A stretch of DNA of 64,000 nt, taken from positions 62,001 through 126,000 of IMG/VR virus record IMGVR_UViG_3300046003_007892. One strand, 5' to 3'. Positions 1 to 8,167 of this stretch are shown here, in pieces. The notes below the pieces were generated by a model. That model was given only the letters and a program-made list of their open reading frames with translations. It was not told where the DNA came from and did no database searches. The first letter of the stretch is position 1. Each line of letters opens with the position of its first letter. Both the position numbers and the translations under genes were made by a program.

Positions 1-126
1 CTTGACGATCTGCGCGTCCAGTTGGGCGGCGAACCAGGGGCTGAGGGTGTGGAGGTTATTTTGGCGGCTGAGATCGAGGATGTCAGCGCGGAGGGCGGCG
101 TCAGCCACCGGTATTCTGAAGGTCAT
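1..126 (-). CDS. hypothetical protein, runs off window edge
   Basis: ATG at 126, MTFRIPVADAALRADILDL..., open to position 1. Confidence 0.55.
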   Translation of the reverse strand, partial: MTFRIPVADAALRADILDLSRQNNLHTLSPWFAAQLDAQIVK

Positions 127-196
127 AACAAATCCTGCCATGTATGGCGGCGGTCGGGTCTATCCCAGTTGCCGTGCAAGCACTCTACGCCCGCCG

Positions 197-454
197 TCAC
201 GGCTTGACAATATCTTTGTTCAGTTTCAGCCGAAGTTTTGCTTCCTCGACCTCGCTGTCCAGCGTGAGGATGAGGAGGTGCTCGCAATCCGATTGGTACT
301 CCTTTGCCCGCCTATAGGGTTTATTCATCCCCGAGGATGGTTTTGCTTCAATGGTGTAGTCGAACAGCACGCCGTCCAGCATGGTGAAGACCTCGGTGAC
401 CTCTTTTAGGTCGTCGCACCAGAACCGATGAATGAAACGCTGTGAGTGCTGCAT
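197..454 (-). CDS. hypothetical protein
   Basis: 85 aa ORF in minus-strand gene run. Confidence 0.65.
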   Translation of the reverse strand: MQHSQRFIHRFWCDDLKEVTEVFTMLDGVLFDYTIEAKPSSGMNKPYRRAKEYQSDCEHLLILTLDSEVEEAKLRLKLNKDIVKP

Positions 455-455
455 C

Positions 456-791
456 TCAGATACCCAGCAAGGCGTTGACCTCGACGAGAATGTCTTCGCG
501 AGGACGGCCCAGTATGGTGCGAGCCAGGGCGGCTACTTTGCCGCCCATGTAGATCGAGCCCAGCATCTGAGCCGAAATGTCATGACAGATGATAGGAGAC
601 CATTGCCCCGAGGTTCCAATCCAGAACACACTGGAGTTCTCTCCGGGGACGTTGTGCTCGACCCAGAGACCGTCTTCGCGCTCAACCCGGTGGAGGCTCG
701 TCCGCTTCCACAGGTTTGGAGTTTCGCGGAACGATTTCTCCAGAGCCGCACAGATTGGCAGGCTCTGTTGGTTGAGTTCTTGGTTGGTCAT
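456..791 (-). CDS. hypothetical protein
   Basis: 111 aa ORF abutting next gene. Confidence 0.65.
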   Translation of the reverse strand: MTNQELNQQSLPICAALEKSFRETPNLWKRTSLHRVEREDGLWVEHNVPGENSSVFWIGTSGQWSPIICHDISAQMLGSIYMGGKVAALARTILGRPREDILVEVNALLGI

Positions 792-888
792 TTGGTGCCC
801 CGAAAGAGAACCCCTTTTAGAGGAACCATCCGGGTACTGTCAAAATGCTTTTATAGCAGTCGCCAACCAAATCCTTTATAGTTTCCCC

Positions 889-1179
889 ATGTTTCAAACC
901 CAACGCATGGCCACACCGGCTGAACTTGAAATCGCCACCCTCCTGTTCGAGCGGGCCCTTGAGGAGCATCGCATCGAACATAAACTGGCGCAGAAACGGC
1001 GCACGCCGTTCTGGGAATATCGAATGATCGTGTCTGGTATCGACCTCACCATCTCGCAGATGGGGCGGCGTGGAAACATCACCTGCGAGGACTGGAGATT
1101 CGTTGGCAACATGGTCGAGTTCGACACCGAGAGCCAGTTCTCCAAAGACCTCACGAAGGTGATGTTCCTCCTCACCTAG
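889..1179 (+). CDS. hypothetical protein
   Basis: MFQTQRMATP...VEFDTESQFSKDLTKVMFLLT; start moved to ATG 889 in the track ORF frame. Confidence 0.55.
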   Translation: MFQTQRMATPAELEIATLLFERALEEHRIEHKLAQKRRTPFWEYRMIVSGIDLTISQMGRRGNITCEDWRFVGNMVEFDTESQFSKDLTKVMFLLT

Positions 1180-1604
1180 GCATTTTTCACCAGATATTCG
1201 ATGCGGTGCTGGACAGCGATCTGGGCCTTGCGGATGCCAAGCACGGCGGCCTGCTGATAGGCCTCGTCCTGTGCATACAGCCACGGGTCAAACAGGCAGC
1301 CCCGGACAAACGGAAGAGCGGTGAACCCATCGGTGCGCTTCAGCGGAGCGTTCGAAACGCCGCCGATGAGAGTGCCGAACCCAGTGATGCTCTGAAGGAA
1401 GTTGTGGATGTCGATCAGGGTGTTGATCATCTGGTCGTTGATGGCCACGAGGCGGCCGGTGCCGTCGAGACCCCGGAACATGACGCGCTGGGCCCGCTCG
1501 ATGATCTCGTAGTCATCCAGCAGGGCGACCAGCGTGGCCCCCATGCCGTTCACGGTGTAGAACTCGATGCGGCCATTGGCGGGGTCGATGTTGATCGGGG
1601 TCAT
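1176..1604 (-). CDS. hypothetical protein
   Basis: 142 aa; ATGA coupling with upstream gene. Confidence 0.7.
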   Translation of the reverse strand: MTPINIDPANGRIEFYTVNGMGATLVALLDDYEIIERAQRVMFRGLDGTGRLVAINDQMINTLIDIHNFLQSITGFGTLIGGVSNAPLKRTDGFTALPFVRGCLFDPWLYAQDEAYQQAAVLGIRKAQIAVQHRIEYLVKNA

Positions 1605-1795
1605 GCGGCTTCCTCCCGGATGTCGAGCCAGTGGTCTGCGTCGAGAGCACCGTCCGAATAGATGATGAGTTCACGCCCGTTCGACAGGGTGATGCGAATG
1701 CCGTGCGAGACCATCGGGTTTCCCTCGACCTCCACGGCGGTGATGGTCTGGCCGACGATGGACTGGCCAGCGGCGGTGTCTGCTGCGTTGGCCAT
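1601..1795 (-). CDS. hypothetical protein
   Basis: 64 aa, coupled operon. Confidence 0.65.
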   Translation of the reverse strand: MANAADTAAGQSIVGQTITAVEVEGNPMVSHGIRITLSNGRELIIYSDGALDADHWLDIREEAA

Positions 1796-1798
1796 TCC

Positions 1799-2017
1799 TT
1801 AGCCCTCCCAAATGGTGCGGCCGATCACGGCGCCTTCGGGGGCGACGCGGACGCCCTGTTCGTCCAGATAGACGCACTTCCCGTCGATCTTGACGACGAT
1901 GTCCTGAATCATTTCTCCAGGCTCGTCGGTGCGGAAGGCGAAGGGACCGGTGACGATCTCGGTCTGACCCTTGTCGTTGTAGCGTTCACCTTCGACGAGT
2001 TGGCCAACGGTATACAT
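1799..2017 (-). CDS. hypothetical protein
   Basis: 72 aa, downstream of early promoter. Confidence 0.7.
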   Translation of the reverse strand: MYTVGQLVEGERYNDKGQTEIVTGPFAFRTDEPGEMIQDIVVKIDGKCVYLDEQGVRVAPEGAVIGRTIWEG

Positions 2018-2044
2018 GAAAAATCTCCTGCCGGTGTTGAACCC

Positions 2045-2079
2045 AACATAGACGGCTCTGGAAACTTGTCAAGTAAATA
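2045..2079 (-). promoter_or_regulatory. early (host sigma70-type) promoter
   Basis: TATTTAC-TTGACA-N16-TATGTT; same design at 7372-7406 and 8117-8151. Confidence 0.75.
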
Positions 2080-2083
2080 AAAA

Positions 2084-2175
2084 TGGTAGCAGACCAGGGA
2101 ATCGAGCCCTGCACGAACCGAGTATCTCTCGGCTGCTAAAGGTGTATAAATCCTTCGTGGTGCCTCACGCCTGCT
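2084..2175 (-). tRNA. atypical tRNA-like RNA, anticodon UAU (Ile), reduced D-arm, long variable arm
   Basis: acceptor AGCAGGC/GUCUGCU, A73, CCA; T-arm CAGGG-CUCGAUU-CCCUG; AC arm AAGG-A-UUUAUAC-A-CCUU; V-arm AGCCGAG/CUCGGUU. Confidence 0.6.
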
Positions 2176-2184
2176 AAATATTGG

Positions 2185-2715
2185 GTGTTTTATACTGTAT
2201 ACCGGATAACAAATCTGACGAACGGTAAGTTTTATGTGGGTGCTCACCAGACTGAGAACCTACGAGACTCATATATGGGAAGTGGTAGAGCCATCAAAGA
2301 AGCTATTCGTAAGCACGGTATAGATAGTTTCTCCAAAGAAATACTCCATGTGTTTGAAACTTCTGAAGAAATGTTCGCCATGGAGCGGTCCATTATTCAA
2401 GAGTGTCTGGGAGATCGAAACAACTACAATATGGGCGTCGGAGGAGCGGGAGGTTTCACATCTGAGATCGCTCGGCGAGGTGCACTAGCGCAAGCTGAGA
2501 AATACGACCTCGCCTCTAAGTCCGAATGGGGGCGAAAAGGAATTGCCGCGTTCCACGCAAACCCAGAGAATATCTCCAAACTTTCCGAGAATGGAAGGAA
2601 GGGTGGCCGGATGAACAAGGGAAAGAAAAAATCCCCCGAGCACATCCGCGCAATCCAGGAAGCCAAGCTTCGGAAAAAGAATGGTGCGCCCGGCCAGACT
2701 CGAACTGACAACTGA
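2185..2715 (+). CDS. GIY-YIG homing endonuclease (Seg-like)
   Basis: VYRITN..NGKFYVG, YMGSG, E and YN..GG motifs; TAAATA-N4-GTG; antisense inside tRNA operon. Confidence 0.9.
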   Translation: MFYTVYRITNLTNGKFYVGAHQTENLRDSYMGSGRAIKEAIRKHGIDSFSKEILHVFETSEEMFAMERSIIQECLGDRNNYNMGVGGAGGFTSEIARRGALAQAEKYDLASKSEWGRKGIAAFHANPENISKLSENGRKGGRMNKGKKKSPEHIRAIQEAKLRKKNGAPGQTRTDN

Positions 2716-2756
2716 TCACTTATGAGGTGATGGTTCTACCATTGAACTACAGGCGC
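2682..2756 (-). tRNA. tRNA CAU, probably Ile2 (lysidine)
   Basis: cloverleaf, loop CUCAUAA, CCA; G1-C72 (not initiator); C4-G69 and C5-G68 as in TilS substrates. Confidence 0.85.
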
Positions 2757-2757
2757 A

Positions 2758-2833
2758 TGGCATATCCGGCAGGGCTCGAACCTGCAACCGACGACTTAGA
2801 AGGTCGTTGCTCTTCCAATTGAGCTACGGATAC
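2758..2833 (-). tRNA. tRNA-Arg(UCU)
   Basis: canonical cloverleaf, loop CUUCUAA, CCA. Confidence 0.92.
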
Positions 2834-2885
2834 ACGGGAGGGTTCGGGGAGCGGCAGACGCGCGCGGACGAACTCCGGGAAGGAG

Positions 2886-2921
2886 TTATATTCGTCTCAG
2901 CCTGTTGGAGCGCGTCTTCAT
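2886..2921 (-). CDS. candidate leader peptide MKTRSNRLRRI of tRNA operon 1
   Basis: ATG 5 nt after TATAAATA; ends AGG CTG AGA CGA ATA TAA. Confidence 0.55.
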   Translation of the reverse strand: MKTRSNRLRRI

Positions 2922-2926
2922 AGGAG

Positions 2927-2957
2927 TATTTATACGTCAGGTCACCAGATAGGTCAA
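2927..2957 (-). promoter_or_regulatory. tRNA operon 1 promoter (sigma70-type plus late TATAAATA)
   Basis: TTGACC-N17-TATAAATA. Confidence 0.75.
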
Positions 2958-3409
2958 TAACCGCTTTTGATCATATCTTCCGAATCCGCATCAAGCTGGA
3001 TGAGGACGACGAACTTTTCGAAGGCGGCATGGTTGCCCACCAGTGTGATTTCGAGGGGACGGCTGGGACCGGCTACGTCAACGCCGAAGCAGAACTCTTC
3101 GTGCACGATCATGTATCGGTAGTTGCCGCCGCTGACGACCTCGTTGAACCGACGCGGCAGAGGCATGTAGTTTTTATGGTCGGGGTCGGTGATGATCTGT
3201 TGATCGATTCGATAGTAGGTATGGTCGGCTACATGCCCGACGTTAACTATCACTGAGCTTCGAATGCTTGGGCACTGCCCTGGCTCGAAAACCACGGGGG
3301 TTACCGCGTAGAACATCTTCGCCCACGCTCGACTGTCCAAGAGGGCGTTGTGCCAGCAATCCTCGTAGGCCTTGTCGATCAAGGCGATGAAGGGCATGGG
3401 GTCGATCAT
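2954..3409 (-). CDS. hypothetical protein
   Basis: 151 aa; C-terminus resembles next gene. Confidence 0.7.
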   Translation of the reverse strand: MIDPMPFIALIDKAYEDCWHNALLDSRAWAKMFYAVTPVVFEPGQCPSIRSSVIVNVGHVADHTYYRIDQQIITDPDHKNYMPLPRRFNEVVSGGNYRYMIVHEEFCFGVDVAGPSRPLEITLVGNHAAFEKFVVLIQLDADSEDMIKSGY

Positions 3410-3735
3410 TGCACGAGTCGCAAGTAGGCGATGAACTTCAGGTAGGCGTCGTAGTCGCCCTTCACGACCAAGCCATAGGAGGGCTCGGGTTTTGGGGGAA
3501 CGCTCGGCATATCGTTCGGCTCAAACAGGACGCGGAACTCAGGATGGACGATGTTCCATTTCATCCGCCCAGCGCGTCCAGCCAGACCACGGTCGCGCTC
3601 AAAGCCGAGTTGCATCCGCACGCCGCTGAACTCGAACGCCCACGGAGAACTGTTGAACTGGGTTCCGCGATAGCCTGAGATGTCGAGGAGAGTCGAGAAA
3701 TCCTCCTCCAGCATGTAGTGAAAGGTCTGCTTCAT
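3406..3735 (-). CDS. hypothetical protein
   Basis: start at MKQTFHY via ATGA coupling. Confidence 0.7.
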   Translation of the reverse strand: MKQTFHYMLEEDFSTLLDISGYRGTQFNSSPWAFEFSGVRMQLGFERDRGLAGRAGRMKWNIVHPEFRVLFEPNDMPSVPPKPEPSYGLVVKGDYDAYLKFIAYLRLVQ

Positions 3736-4442
3736 GCCGCCTCGGAAACCGCCGAGACTTCCAGCATGCGGAGCATGATCTCCAGCGTGTAGCGGGCGTC
3801 GTTGCCTCCGCAGTGCGGGCGCGGGCACTCGACGCCGAAATGCTCGGCCAGGGTCGAGAGCTTGGACACCTTGCCGGTCAGGGTTCGACCCCACCACAGG
3901 GTATCGAAGACGGGCCGGACGGGCAACTCGACGCCATGGCTGCGCAGGTGATCGAAGTCGTTCTTCAACGCCTGACCGCCGTAGAACTCGACCTGTTCGC
4001 AGACGCGGACGAACCTCGCATAGGCTTCGTCGCGGGGAAGGAACTCGGTGCGGCCGAAATCGAACACGCCGTGGGCGCGCGGCGAGAGGCGCAAGTTGTA
4101 GGACTGCGTGACGCCGTTGCCGTAGAGGGTGTACCCGATCTCGTGCGTGACCTGAGTGTCGCGGTGCCATTCACAGTCGAAGACCAGGATGGATTTCCCC
4201 GCCGCCAACGCGTCGCGGAGTTCGCTCATCTCGGTGATGCTGCGCTGGTTCTGATTTCGGGCACCGCGTGCATTTCCCTTGCGGCTCTGGTGGCGGTTGA
4301 CCCGCCGCATCAGATTGTTGAGCCGCTCGACCCTTTCGTGGAAGTCATCGACATGCACCATGACGCCGGGCGCAGGGAAGCGTTCAGCGAACAGGTCCGC
4401 CGTTTTCTTCCGCAGGCTTTCTCTCAGAAGTCTCAGGTCCAT
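3732..4442 (-). CDS. DEDDh 3'-5' exonuclease
   Basis: ILVFDCEW (ExoI), NDFD (ExoII), HCGGNDA (ExoIII). Confidence 0.8.
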   Translation of the reverse strand: MDLRLLRESLRKKTADLFAERFPAPGVMVHVDDFHERVERLNNLMRRVNRHQSRKGNARGARNQNQRSITEMSELRDALAAGKSILVFDCEWHRDTQVTHEIGYTLYGNGVTQSYNLRLSPRAHGVFDFGRTEFLPRDEAYARFVRVCEQVEFYGGQALKNDFDHLRSHGVELPVRPVFDTLWWGRTLTGKVSKLSTLAEHFGVECPRPHCGGNDARYTLEIMLRMLEVSAVSEAA

Positions 4443-4478
4443 TGGCTACCCATAACCCCGAGGGGTTTTTTGGTCAAC

Positions 4479-5162
4479 CTAATGTTCCTCGAACGGCCCG
4501 ACGTGCGTTCGAACCGCTTGTGCATCGTAGACGTAGGCGAGATCGTCGTAGTGGGTCAGGTGCAGGACCATCATGTCAGCCGCCGAGGTGACGGCGATGA
4601 TGGCCTCGTCGCGCCGGGGTTCTCCCCCACCATGATACATGTGCGACAGGCGAATCTCGGACACCATCTTGGTCATCGTATGCGGTATGGCGGCCAGGAG
4701 GTCTTCGATGTTCTCGGGACGGAGCACCACCAAATGCGTGAAGGGAAAGCCGCGCAGGATGAGCTTCTTGGCCGTCTGGCAGACGTGGAAGGGCGCCGCC
4801 TCGGCTGCGAAGTTCAAGAAAGGCGAGGGGTCCACCGGGGTGACATCGACTTCCCCTTTGAGGGTCGTCGTGACCTCGAACTCCTCCATGACCAACGTGG
4901 GCACGGGGGTCGTGCTCTGGAGGAGATGGGCGAGGATGAATTCCGCCCAGACCTGTTCGGTAGCCGCCCTCGTGCTCCAGCGGCGGCCACTGGCGTTGAA
5001 CTCAGGCACGATGTCGCGAGTTTCGTTGCAACGACTCAGGTAAAGTCCGGTCGCGGTGTCGCGGAGACGGAACTCCGACCGCTTGCCCACGGGGTGGGAC
5101 TTGAGCGAGGGCCGCCTCTTGCGGGGTTTGTAGTCGCAATCATCGATGGAGATGGCCTTCAT
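4479..5162 (-). CDS. hypothetical protein
   Basis: 227 aa. Confidence 0.7.
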   Translation of the reverse strand: MKAISIDDCDYKPRKRRPSLKSHPVGKRSEFRLRDTATGLYLSRCNETRDIVPEFNASGRRWSTRAATEQVWAEFILAHLLQSTTPVPTLVMEEFEVTTTLKGEVDVTPVDPSPFLNFAAEAAPFHVCQTAKKLILRGFPFTHLVVLRPENIEDLLAAIPHTMTKMVSEIRLSHMYHGGGEPRRDEAIIAVTSAADMMVLHLTHYDDLAYVYDAQAVRTHVGPFEEH

Positions 5163-5470
5163 GCGGCTTTGGCGAAGCCCTCGGCTTCAATTTTCAGAAC
5201 GGCGGCGAGGACTCCACCTTCGCAGGCGGTCCAGTTCTTCCGGTCAGGACAGGCCGCGAGATTGGAGCGACGGACTTTTTGGAGAAGCCGGTTGGCGATC
5301 TCCTGGCGGACCCAGAGATCGTCGGGCTCGAACCCAGCCCGGCCGATGGCCGACGCGACCGTCATGTTATCGAAGGTGCCGTTCATGACGGCTAGACCGG
5401 CCCGTATCGCATCTTTCCCGCACGTCTTTCCATCGACGGTGATCGCGGTGATGAAGATGCGTTGCGACAT
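5159..5470 (-). CDS. hypothetical protein
   Basis: start MSQRIF with GGGAG SD. Confidence 0.6.
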   Translation of the reverse strand: MSQRIFITAITVDGKTCGKDAIRAGLAVMNGTFDNMTVASAIGRAGFEPDDLWVRQEIANRLLQKVRRSNLAACPDRKNWTACEGGVLAAVLKIEAEGFAKAA

Positions 5471-5520
5471 TGTTGGTGCTCCCAAAGAAAGGATTTGTTC
5501 TACTACGTTGGGTGGCGGTG

Positions 5521-5880
5521 TCAACCAGGATTGAGCATCATCCACAGCATCACGTCACGACAGAACGCGGTATCGGTGGTGCCCAAATCGAAATCAAAGA
5601 TGTGGGCTTCGGTGAAAGTCCGGCGCCCATTCACGAAGGTGGTCTCGAAGGTGATCTTCCAAATGCTGTCGTCGAACCTGTCGCGGCTGACTTCTTTCGG
5701 CATCCCCGTGAGTCTAAAGGACGATCTTCCGTCCGCATGCCAGAGACGCACTAGAGCTATCTTGCGGTCCACGAAGATGATGCTGTCTTGGGCGAAGAGA
5801 GCCCCTTTGGTCAGGAGACCTTTGGTGCCGAGCCACAAGGTCACCACGGACTTTTCGGTATCGGTCAACTCCCTGATCAT
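5521..5880 (-). CDS. hypothetical protein
   Basis: 119 aa. Confidence 0.65.
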   Translation of the reverse strand: MIRELTDTEKSVVTLWLGTKGLLTKGALFAQDSIIFVDRKIALVRLWHADGRSSFRLTGMPKEVSRDRFDDSIWKITFETTFVNGRRTFTEAHIFDFDLGTTDTAFCRDVMLWMMLNPG

Positions 5881-5889
5881 TGATCTATT

Positions 5890-6543
5890 CTAGTCAGTAT
5901 CGTCGTCGTTGTCAAAGGAACTGCTATTGTAGAAGTGCATGTCGAGTATGCGCGCGCCCCTGGTCGCGTCGATCATAATCTCGTCGTCGCTCGCGTAGCC
6001 ATCCCATTGATCATGAATGCTATGATGGAGGGCATCCTTGGCCGGAGAGTCCGGGATAGTCTTCATGAAGGCACTCAGGCCTTGCATGGACCACAGAACG
6101 GAATCGGCGGGGACCTCGACCTCATAGACGACCATCAGGGACTGGAGGCCCTCAATGGCGTCTCCGGGGAGATGGCGACGATGGACTTGATCGAGACTGA
6201 AGTTGTTTCGGTTGATGAAGCCATGGGCTTTTTTCAGCGAAGACGTGAACGCCTGCGGGCCCTTCTGTAGATCGAACCGGCAGTGGGTCGCCATTTCGGC
6301 CTTGAGACCACTGAACATGTCTCCGGCAACTTCGAACCGGTGAATGTCCTCTTCGGTGACGTCGTGATAGATGGCCCGGAAATATTTTCCACCGCCGAAC
6401 ACTTCCGTGTAGCCGTGGTCACGCAAGACCTGGGCGGCGTGACGCTGGTCGAACCACTGATTATGTTGGATGTAGCTAGCCAGCGCGCTCAGCGTCTCGT
6501 CGAGGACGTTCAGGCTTTCGGCGAGTGTGAGGAAGCGTCTCAT
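5890..6543 (-). CDS. late protein with capsid-targeting-like N-terminus, possibly ART-like
   Basis: TATAAATA-N5-ATG; MRRFLTLAES; AFTSSLKKAHGF. Confidence 0.7.
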   Translation of the reverse strand: MRRFLTLAESLNVLDETLSALASYIQHNQWFDQRHAAQVLRDHGYTEVFGGGKYFRAIYHDVTEEDIHRFEVAGDMFSGLKAEMATHCRFDLQKGPQAFTSSLKKAHGFINRNNFSLDQVHRRHLPGDAIEGLQSLMVVYEVEVPADSVLWSMQGLSAFMKTIPDSPAKDALHHSIHDQWDGYASDDEIMIDATRGARILDMHFYNSSSFDNDDDTD

Positions 6544-6558
6544 CCTCGTATTTATAGG

Positions 6559-7350
6559 TCAGCCGACCTTGGTGGGGTCGCTGTCGTGAAGCATCAGGTT
6601 GGCGGCGTCCTTCTGGCTCTCCAGATAGGCGTAGCCACCAGCGAACATGACACGACCTTCGCATTTGTCTTCGACCCACGCGGCGAACTCGGGCAGGATT
6701 TCGTTCCACTGCTTCATCGGCGACGCGGCGAGGCGAACGCGGTGCTCGGGAAGATCGGACCCCGTCAGATGCTTGCCCGTCTCCTTGGTCAGGTGGGTGA
6801 GTTTTTTCTCAAGGGGGCGCCGGTATTGGGGGCGAGTGCTGCCGTGCTGAATCCCGTAGCCGACGCTGATGTTGAGCGCGCCCCACCAGCCGTTCAGAGT
6901 GGGAACCGGGCCCTTCTGGCGTTCGCTCTTGAAGTCGGCCTTGGTGATGCGCTTCGCCTTCGTGAAGGTGAAGCCGGAAATCTGCGTGCCGCAGAACCAG
7001 ACGAACAGGTCGGCAGTCTGAGCTTCAGTCAGAACTCCACCCTCGGGGCCGATGTCACCGACGAAGTGTTTGTCGAAGCCCGCGTAGCGACGCAGCACTT
7101 CACATTGGAATGCAGTGAGGCGGTTGTCCTGGTAATCGTTCACGATGGCGGAGCCGTCATCGTGGCCACCCGACCTGTCGCTGTCGTCGAAGCAGAGACC
7201 GATTTCCTTGACGGCTTCCGCGTAGGCGGCCTGCACGTCGGCGATGGGGTGAGACATCTGAACTTCGAAGACGACCCAGTGGTTATGGCCATCTTCGGAC
7301 CAATCACCAACGGTGACGATAGCGCGGTGCGGGGTGTCGGTCGCAGTCAT
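6559..7350 (-). CDS. hypothetical protein
   Basis: MTATDTPH start with GGAGAG SD after early promoter. Confidence 0.75.
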   Translation of the reverse strand: MTATDTPHRAIVTVGDWSEDGHNHWVVFEVQMSHPIADVQAAYAEAVKEIGLCFDDSDRSGGHDDGSAIVNDYQDNRLTAFQCEVLRRYAGFDKHFVGDIGPEGGVLTEAQTADLFVWFCGTQISGFTFTKAKRITKADFKSERQKGPVPTLNGWWGALNISVGYGIQHGSTRPQYRRPLEKKLTHLTKETGKHLTGSDLPEHRVRLAASPMKQWNEILPEFAAWVEDKCEGRVMFAGGYAYLESQKDAANLMLHDSDPTKVG

Positions 7351-7371
7351 GTGTCTCTCCTCTGAGAGGAC

Positions 7372-7406
7372 AGAATAGACGACCGTGCACACTTGTCAAG
7401 TAAATA
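7372..7406 (-). promoter_or_regulatory. early promoter
   Basis: TATTTAC-TTGACA-N16-TATTCT. Confidence 0.75.
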
Positions 7407-7408
7407 AA

Positions 7409-8092
7409 TCAGTTCACGGCCAGGATGTCGCGGCACTCCTCGAACGCCTTGTCGGCGTCGGCGATTTCGAGGGCTTGCTTGAGGCGATTGCGCAGAACTT
7501 CCTTGGCCATCTTGATCGCCTCCGCGTCGCTGATCTCCGGCAGGGTGAGGTCGATGGGCTCACGCAGCGAGGGGTGACGGGTGTCCGGGTCCTGCGGGGT
7601 AGTGCGGTATCCCCGCGCCTCAATCATGTTGGTGTAGTTGGGCTGCATGGGGACGCGCGTGATGATCTTGCGGGCGTGGTAGGGGTAGTGGGTTTCCCCC
7701 GTGGGGTAGCGGCGGGGCAGATCGGACTTTGCCCATTTGCCCACGAGAGCGATGGGCATCATCTCGCGTCGGGTGTCGCCGACCGCGACGATCTCGCCGC
7801 GCACGAAGGCACCGAAACCGTTGTCGTAGTGGACGATGGAGCCGAGTTCCTGGCTGTTCCACCATGCGTCGCCTTCGTCGATGATGGCGGCGATATGGTT
7901 CTCCATCTGAATGTGGCTCTGGATGTCAGTCGTCTCGTAGGCGCGGCGACCGCCCTCATAGCCCTCGGTGATGACCTCGCACGACCAGACGTTGGGGCCG
8001 AGAGCCTCGATGACCTTGAACTCAACGCGGGTGTCCGCGTAGGAGTCGTGGAAGGTGGTTCCGATTTTTACGACAGGCTTGCGGCTCGACAT
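7409..8092 (-). CDS. hypothetical protein
   Basis: 227 aa. Confidence 0.75.
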   Translation of the reverse strand: MSSRKPVVKIGTTFHDSYADTRVEFKVIEALGPNVWSCEVITEGYEGGRRAYETTDIQSHIQMENHIAAIIDEGDAWWNSQELGSIVHYDNGFGAFVRGEIVAVGDTRREMMPIALVGKWAKSDLPRRYPTGETHYPYHARKIITRVPMQPNYTNMIEARGYRTTPQDPDTRHPSLREPIDLTLPEISDAEAIKMAKEVLRNRLKQALEIADADKAFEECRDILAVN

Positions 8093-8116
8093 CTCAAATC
8101 TCCGTTGCTGGATGCG

Positions 8117-8163
8117 AAGATAGACGAACTGTGTTCTTTGTCAAGTAAATATCTAGATAAATA
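8117..8163. promoter_or_regulatory. back-to-back early (minus) and late (plus) promoters
   Basis: minus TTGACA-N16-TATCTT; plus TAAATA at 8146 and 8158. Confidence 0.7.
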
Positions 8164-8167
8164 TCGG

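Noticed and set aside
2185-2715. Group I intron hosting the endonucleases
   Set aside because: Flanking tRNAs are uninterrupted and no intron core is visible; free-standing genes
3813-5534. Long + strand ORFs (also 10526, 13627, 17511, 58168, 59727)
   Set aside because: Antisense shadows of real minus-strand genes in GC-rich DNA; no motifs
7385-8167. N-terminal extension of the 526-aa track ORF
   Set aside because: Antisense to a real gene; true start is ATG 8168 after TAAATA
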